DNA of 31,133 nt from Promethearchaeota archaeon. Its GTDB lineage: Archaea > Asgardarchaeota > Lokiarchaeia > Sigyniarchaeales > SOKP01. Positions 25,516-31,133 of the stretch are shown here, one piece after another. The stretch lies in NCBI GenBank assembly GCA_016839745.1, contig JAEOTS010000017.1, forward strand, positions 1 through 31,133, given 5' to 3'. Numbering within the stretch: the stretch's first letter is position 1; the number at the start of each line of letters is the position of its first letter. The notes under the pieces were generated by a model. It did not search any database, was not told the DNA's origin, and worked only from the letters and a program-made list of their open reading frames with translations. A program made the translations under genes and the position numbers.

Positions 25516-28389
25516 ATGAGCGGAAATTCTATCATTATCAAGGGAGCAAGGCAAAACAATCTAAAAAACATTGATGTTATAATTCCACGAAATAAGCTGG
25601 TAATTATAACTGGAATAAGTGGTAGTGGAAAATCAAGCTTAGCAATGGACACTTTATATGCAGAAGGCCAAAGAAGATTCTTAGAATCCCTATCTAGTTA
25701 TGCTAGACAATTCCTTGGAGAAATGGATAAACCAGATGTAGATTCAATTGAAGGATTGTCTCCTGCGATTGCTATTGAACAAAAACCTCTATCGAAGAAT
25801 CCTCGCAGTACTGTTGGGACAGTCACAGAAATATACGACTATTATAGGCTGCTCTTTGCTAATATTGGAATTCCACACTGTCCTAATTGTGGTAAAGAAA
25901 TCAGACCGCAAACGCCTCAACAGATAATCCAACAAATTCTAGATGGGCTTGAAGAAAACCAAAAATTCATTATAAAAGCGCCAGTTATTCGAGATCGAAA
26001 AGGCGAATATAAGGACCTCCTCGGCGAGCTGAAAAAACAAGGATATTTGAGAGTTGAAATCGATGGCATTCAGTATACATTAGACGAAGATATATCTATG
26101 GAAAAGAATGTTAAACATAACATTAGCGTAATTGTAGATCGGCTTGTTATGAAAAGTGATATAAAAACGAGGTTGGCTGATTCCATTGAAACTGCCTTAG
26201 AGTTAACTGACGGAATTGTTGTTGTAGAAGTTCTCGATATAGGAGAACAAATTTTTTCTGAACATTTAGCCTGCGTTGATTGTGGGATATCTTTTCCTCC
26301 AATTGATCATAAAATGTTTTCTTTTAACATCCCGCATGGGAGCTGTAAATACTGCAGTGGACTAGGGACTGTAATGGAATTTGACTACGAACTAGTTTTA
26401 GGAAACGATTTAGACGTACCACTTCAAGATTCTCCCATAAGAAACATTCCTGGATTTGGTTCATTAACAGGATATTCTTGGCAATCAATAGACCAAGTCT
26501 CTAAGCATTATGGATTTGACACTGATAAGACAGCGATAAAAGATCTTGATCCAAAAAAATTACATAAAGTCTTGTTTGGAACAGAAGACGAAATCATCGA
26601 ATTTTACTACGAGAGTGAAAATAATGACTACGGGAATAGTAAAGGCGAAATAAAGTCAACATATCAGGTAGCTAGACCATTCGAAGGGATCATTCCTATG
26701 TTGCACAGAAGATACATGGACACCCGTTCTGAATGGGCTCGCGATACGTACGAAAGTTTCATGAATCAGATTGATTGTCCTCAGTGTAGTGGTCAAAGGT
26801 TAAAACCTGAGAGTCTTTCTGTGCTGATCGATAACCAAAATATTGCTGAATTATCTGATTTAGCAGTTAAAGACTCATTGAATTTTTTTAAAAATTTACA
26901 ATTAGATGAACTCCAAAAGACTATAGTTAAAGACGTACTAAAAGAAATATTAGATCGGCTATCCTTTTTAGACAACGTTGGATTAGATTACATAAGCCTA
27001 AGCCGAAGGTCTCACACTCTTTCAGTAGGAGAAGCTGAAAGAATTAGGTTGGCAACTCAATTAGGCTCGAGCCTGGTTGGTGTTTTATATGTACTAGATG
27101 AACCCTCTGTTGGTTTACATCAACGCGACATCTCTCGTTTAATAGATATGTTAAAAAAACTAAGAGATTTAGGTAATACTGTTATAGTAGTAGAGCATGA
27201 CGATGAAATTATGCGCAACGCTGATCATATTATTGATCTTGGGCCTTTAGCAGGTGAGAGCGGTGGAGAGATTGTAGCGGAAGGACCTTTAGCCACTATA
27301 CTAGAAGCTAAGACATTAACGGGTAAATACTTATCAGGAAAAAAAAAGATTGAAGTTCCAAAAGTAAGGCGAGAGATTGATAATCACTTTATTGAAATAG
27401 TAGGTGCCAGAGAAAATAACCTTAAAAATATAAAAGTGAAAATTCCTCTTGGCGTTTTTACGTGTATTACTGGCGTTTCTGGAGCAGGAAAAACAAGCTT
27501 AATAATTGAATGTCTGTACAAAGGGTTACATAACATCGTTAACACTCGTAGTTCTCGAATAACGAGCGGTGATTTTGACGAGATTAAGGGACACGAAACT
27601 ATTGACAAAATAATAAATATCGATCAATCTCCAATTGGGAGAACGCCTCGTTCTGTACCTGCTACTTATACAAAAGCTTTAGACTACATAAGAGAAATAT
27701 TTGCAAAACTTGAGGAATCAAGAGAGAGAGGTTATAAAAAAGGAAGATTTAGCTTTAATACTAAAGCTGGACACTGTAAAAAATGTAAAGGAACTGGGTA
27801 TATTCTTAAAGAGATGTACTTTCTTCCAGATGTGTATATTAGATGTGATTTATGCAGAGGTTTAAGATATAACGCTGAGACCTTAGAAATCAGATACAAA
27901 GGAAAAACGATCTCAGATGTATTAAAAATGACTTTTCATCAAGCTCTTGAATTCTTCGATGCAATACCTAATTTAAAACAAACTTTAAAAACCGTGGTAG
28001 ATGTTGGATTAGGATATCTAGAGTTAGGTCAATCTTCAACAACCTTGAGTGGAGGCGAATCCCAACGCTTGAAAATTGCTAGAGAACTAAGAAAAACAAG
28101 CACAGGAAATACATTATACATATTAGATGAACCAACTACTGGATTACATATGTATGATATCCAATTTTTATTAAAAGTGTTACATAAATTAGTAGATAAA
28201 GGTAATACAGTAGTCATTATCGAACATAATATGGAAATTATCAAATCTGTAGATTACCTGATTGATCTTGGACCAGAAGGTGGAGAAAAAGGCGGGAATG
28301 TGGTAGTAATGGGAACTCCTGAAGAAGTTATTAAGAATAATAAATCCTTCACAGCAAAATATCTTAAAAACTACTTAAATCAAATTTAA
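25516..28389 (+). CDS. uvrA: Excinuclease ABC subunit A
   Basis: GARQNNLKN, two Walker A motifs (GISGSGKSS, GVSGAGKT), CxxC zinc modules, LDEP x2; AGGAG SD. Confidence 0.98.
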   Translation: MSGNSIIIKGARQNNLKNIDVIIPRNKLVIITGISGSGKSSLAMDTLYAEGQRRFLESLSSYARQFLGEMDKPDVDSIEGLSPAIAIEQKPLSKNPRSTVGTVTEIYDYYRLLFANIGIPHCPNCGKEIRPQTPQQIIQQILDGLEENQKFIIKAPVIRDRKGEYKDLLGELKKQGYLRVEIDGIQYTLDEDISMEKNVKHNISVIVDRLVMKSDIKTRLADSIETALELTDGIVVVEVLDIGEQIFSEHLACVDCGISFPPIDHKMFSFNIPHGSCKYCSGLGTVMEFDYELVLGNDLDVPLQDSPIRNIPGFGSLTGYSWQSIDQVSKHYGFDTDKTAIKDLDPKKLHKVLFGTEDEIIEFYYESENNDYGNSKGEIKSTYQVARPFEGIIPMLHRRYMDTRSEWARDTYESFMNQIDCPQCSGQRLKPESLSVLIDNQNIAELSDLAVKDSLNFFKNLQLDELQKTIVKDVLKEILDRLSFLDNVGLDYISLSRRSHTLSVGEAERIRLATQLGSSLVGVLYVLDEPSVGLHQRDISRLIDMLKKLRDLGNTVIVVEHDDEIMRNADHIIDLGPLAGESGGEIVAEGPLATILEAKTLTGKYLSGKKKIEVPKVRREIDNHFIEIVGARENNLKNIKVKIPLGVFTCITGVSGAGKTSLIIECLYKGLHNIVNTRSSRITSGDFDEIKGHETIDKIINIDQSPIGRTPRSVPATYTKALDYIREIFAKLEESRERGYKKGRFSFNTKAGHCKKCKGTGYILKEMYFLPDVYIRCDLCRGLRYNAETLEIRYKGKTISDVLKMTFHQALEFFDAIPNLKQTLKTVVDVGLGYLELGQSSTTLSGGESQRLKIARELRKTSTGNTLYILDEPTTGLHMYDIQFLLKVLHKLVDKGNTVVIIEHNMEIIKSVDYLIDLGPEGGEKGGNVVVMGTPEEVIKNNKSFTAKYLKNYLNQI

Positions 28390-28505
28390 GAGAGCAATTC
28401 TACTGTTGGTTTTTAGAGTTACTTCAATAAAATCTATATCCTAAGATAATTTTTTTAATTATGACAATTAATTAGATTTAGTCAATTAAATTACTTTAGA
28501 AGTGA

Positions 28506-30320
28506 ATGAAAATGACCGCCGAATCCGATAATAGAATTATTAGGGCTCCTATTGCTTCGATTTTGGGGCATATTGACCATGGAAAAACAAGTCTTTTAGA
28601 TTATATTCGAGGAACTGTTGTGCAACAGAGAGAAGCTGCTGGTATTACACAACATATAGGCGCATCTTATTTTCCAACTGAAGATATTAAAGAGTTTCTA
28701 AGAAAATCTAAGCAAGAATTTGCCGAGAAAGAAATTCAATTACCAGGAATTTTGATTGTAGATACACCAGGCCACGCAGCATTTATGAACCTTAGGAAGA
28801 GAGGTGGAGCCGTTGCAGATATAGCAATATTAGTTATTGATGTAACAGCCGGAAACATGCCGATTACTTGGGAATCCGTCAGAATTTTGAAAGAACGAAA
28901 AGTTCCTTTTGTTATTGCCGCTAATAAAATAGATAGGATATCAGGGTGGAAATCTATTGAAGACGCTGATTTTCTTGATTCATATAATAAGCAAAAACCT
29001 CATGTGAGAGATTTTCTTGACGAAAAATTAAGTCAAATCGGGGTAGATTTCCTTTCAGAAGGCTTTAAAGGAATAGATCGGTACGACAAAATAAAAGATT
29101 TTACTAAAAAAGTGGCAATAGTACCCACGAGCGCCAAAACAGGCGAGGGAATATCAACTTTATTGATGGTTTTAATGGGGCTAGTTCAACAGTTTTTAAC
29201 CGAAAACTTGAAATTTAGTGAAGGACCGGCTAAAGGCGTAGTTTTGGAAGTGAAGAAAGAAAAAGGCCAAGCAGTTACAATGGATGTCCTAATTTACGAC
29301 GGAGTAATCAAGAAGGGTGAAGATTTTATTGTGGGTGGTCTAGAAAAACCTATTAAGTCAAAAGTAAGAGCATTACTTATGCCTAAGCCTTTAGATGAGA
29401 TAAGAGATCCTAGACAGAAATTTGATTCTGTAGAAATGGTAAGTGCGGCGGCTGGAATTAAGATTCTTGCCCCTAATATTGATGATGTTGTAGCAGGATC
29501 CCCATTTAGAGGTATTGGTGACCCCTCACAAGAAAAAACTGTGTACGACGAAATAGAATCAGAAGTAGAAAGTATTCGAATTAAAACAGATAAAGCCGGC
29601 GTAGTATTGAAAGCTGATACCTTAGGATCCCTTGAAGCACTAGAAAACCATTTTACAAAAAACGATGTGAAGATATCCATAGCTGATGTAGGTCCGATTA
29701 AAAAAGAGGATATTATGAATGCAAATTTAGTTAAAAATCTCGATCCTTATTCAGCAACCGTTCTCGGGTTTAATGTCGCCATTTTACCTGAAGCAAAAGA
29801 GCAAGCTATGGCAGACAATATTAGAATTTTCACGAATAATGTAATTTACAGACTGTTGGAAGATTATATAGAATACGCTGAAGTACGAAGAGCAGAGGAC
29901 ACCGCAAAAGGATTAAGCGAATTAGTATTACCTGCAAAGCTAAGAATGATTCCCGATTTTATATTTAGAAATTCAGATCCCGCAGTTTTTGGAGTACATG
30001 TAGAAGCTGGCATTTTATATCCAAAAGTAACTTTAATAACGGCAGATGGAAAGAAAGCTAGAAGAGTCCACCAAATTCAAGATAAGGGAAAAACTTTAGA
30101 AAAAGCTGGAAAAGACTCTGAAGTAGCTATATCTATTCGCGGCATAGAAATCGGAAGAGATATCGACAAAGATGAAATCTTATTCGTGAATGTACCCGAA
30201 TCCCACGTAAGACAGATTTTGAGTAAATTTCTTGATGAATTAACGGTGGATCAAAAACAAGCGTTACGAGAATATATTATCCTCCAAAGATCGATGCAAC
30301 ACCCTTGGTGGGGTATGTAA
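28506..30320 (+). CDS. infB: Translation initiation factor aIF5B (IF-2)
   Basis: IRAPI..ILGHIDHGKT, GITQHIGA, DTPGH, NKID, KADTLGSLEAL and FR.SDPAVFGV motifs. Confidence 0.97.
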   Translation: MKMTAESDNRIIRAPIASILGHIDHGKTSLLDYIRGTVVQQREAAGITQHIGASYFPTEDIKEFLRKSKQEFAEKEIQLPGILIVDTPGHAAFMNLRKRGGAVADIAILVIDVTAGNMPITWESVRILKERKVPFVIAANKIDRISGWKSIEDADFLDSYNKQKPHVRDFLDEKLSQIGVDFLSEGFKGIDRYDKIKDFTKKVAIVPTSAKTGEGISTLLMVLMGLVQQFLTENLKFSEGPAKGVVLEVKKEKGQAVTMDVLIYDGVIKKGEDFIVGGLEKPIKSKVRALLMPKPLDEIRDPRQKFDSVEMVSAAAGIKILAPNIDDVVAGSPFRGIGDPSQEKTVYDEIESEVESIRIKTDKAGVVLKADTLGSLEALENHFTKNDVKISIADVGPIKKEDIMNANLVKNLDPYSATVLGFNVAILPEAKEQAMADNIRIFTNNVIYRLLEDYIEYAEVRRAEDTAKGLSELVLPAKLRMIPDFIFRNSDPAVFGVHVEAGILYPKVTLITADGKKARRVHQIQDKGKTLEKAGKDSEVAISIRGIEIGRDIDKDEILFVNVPESHVRQILSKFLDELTVDQKQALREYIILQRSMQHPWWGM

Positions 30321-30498
30321 TGATTGAAATTAGAAAAATTTTGAAATTTCCCATCGATAAATTAAAAACTGTTTTTAATTAAGTTTTTTCTTTGGTTAAA
30401 ATAAAAATACGCATTGTTTAATTAGAATATAGAATAAATTTTTATTATTACTTTAATTAACTATATAATAATTAATTAAAGTCTAAAGTAATATTCAA

Positions 30499-30843
30499 AT
30501 GAGTAATCAAACGAGAAAAATATCTGAATTTTATTGGGGTTTAATATTTTTAGCATCTAGTATTTGGATCTGTCTGGTTTCAATATGGAAATTTCTTGTT
30601 TATCTAGAATATTTTGCGCAGATAGTGATATTTGAATGGTCTGAAGTTATAATGTTAATTATTAATTTAGCATTTGTTTTGATTTTCATAGCGGCATCAA
30701 TATATAGTTTTTATTTAGCAAGAAAAGATCCAATGGGTGAAAAAACAAATGAGCTTTGGATTAAAATTGCCCTTCTTGTATTTTTAGCCTATAGTGCATA
30801 TGCAGTATATGGCTCTATCGATATAATTATTCGTTGGGCCTAA
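30499..30843 (+). CDS. Hypothetical membrane protein (about 3 TM helices)
   Basis: Three hydrophobic stretches in 114 aa; no recognised motif. Confidence 0.6.
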   Translation: MSNQTRKISEFYWGLIFLASSIWICLVSIWKFLVYLEYFAQIVIFEWSEVIMLIINLAFVLIFIAASIYSFYLARKDPMGEKTNELWIKIALLVFLAYSAYAVYGSIDIIIRWA

Positions 30844-30968
30844 AAATTAAATTTGGTAATTATTTGGATTATAAATCTTTTTTTTTTGAACATTCATTGT
30901 GATAATGGTAATACTTCAATCGTTTAGGATTAAGAATGCAGGGATTTCACCTGGAACTTCACTATAGG

Positions 30969-31007
30969 AATAATAATAATAATAATAATTATATTATTAC
31001 TACTACT
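30969..31007. repeat. Trinucleotide microsatellite (AAT)7 followed by short TTA/TAC repeats
   Basis: Directly visible: aat x7 at 30969-30989, then tattattactactact. Confidence 0.8.
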
Positions 31008-31055
31008 AAACATCATAAAACACGAAATAATCTAATTTAAACATTAGGGATTAAA

Positions 31056-31133
31056 ATGAGTAAAAAAAAAATTCTTAGCTTATCAGGAGCTTTATTAGTT
31101 ATTTGCTTATTGCTAGCTATTGGAAACGCCAAG
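31056..31133 (+). CDS. Start of a probable secreted protein, truncated by the window edge
   Basis: MSKKKILSLSGALLVICLLLAIGNAK: basic n-region plus hydrophobic h-region; AGGGA upstream. Confidence 0.55.
   Translation, partial: MSKKKILSLSGALLVICLLLAIGNAK

Noticed and set aside
293-29680. Many 60-146 aa ORFs antisense or out of frame to confident genes (e.g. 293..505, 8649..8990, 15248..15688, 19828..20043, 29294..29680)
   Set aside because: Shadow ORFs lying within well-supported genes, with no recognisable motifs
30930-31045. Poly-Ile/Leu or poly-Asn micro-ORFs across the microsatellite
   Set aside because: By-products of the triplet repeat; the TM-like frame has no start codon
1-31133. CRISPR array, tRNA, rRNA or IS element
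   Set aside because: No regularly spaced repeats, cloverleaf-like GC-rich segments or transposase motifs seen by eye; tRNAscan and Infernal were not run

Overview
AT-rich archaeal chromosomal window, most consistent with an Asgard archaeon (Lokiarchaeia-like). The taxonomy is inferred from gene content: an Arf-like small GTPase, an STT3 with eukaryote-like motifs, and bacterial-type UvrAB. Most of the window is informational housekeeping. It runs PCNA-priL-priS-gins15, converging on nop10-aIF2alpha; then a tungsten AOR, a solitary EF-1alpha, a GPP34/GOLPH3-family gene followed by an Arf-like GTPase, the csl4/rpoL/RNase III-like/DUF99 cluster, a METTL5-like methyltransferase, enolase, RFC-S, TruA, a 1299-aa AglB, uvrB-uvrA and aIF5B. 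Five observations stand out. (1) A 529-aa Ser1 intein with LAGLIDADG and XRE-HTH domains splits the UvrB Walker A motif. (2) AglB carries about 570 extra C-terminal residues made of about five repeated Ig/pilin-like modules. (3) A GOLPH3-like gene is adjacent to an Arf-like GTPase gene. (4) Three genes have family-typical N-termini reachable only from ATA/ATT codons. (5) The conserved archaeal replication-translation cluster is inverted and lacks L44e/S27e. No rRNA, tRNA or CRISPR array was recognised. All family calls come from motif recognition by eye, with no database search.
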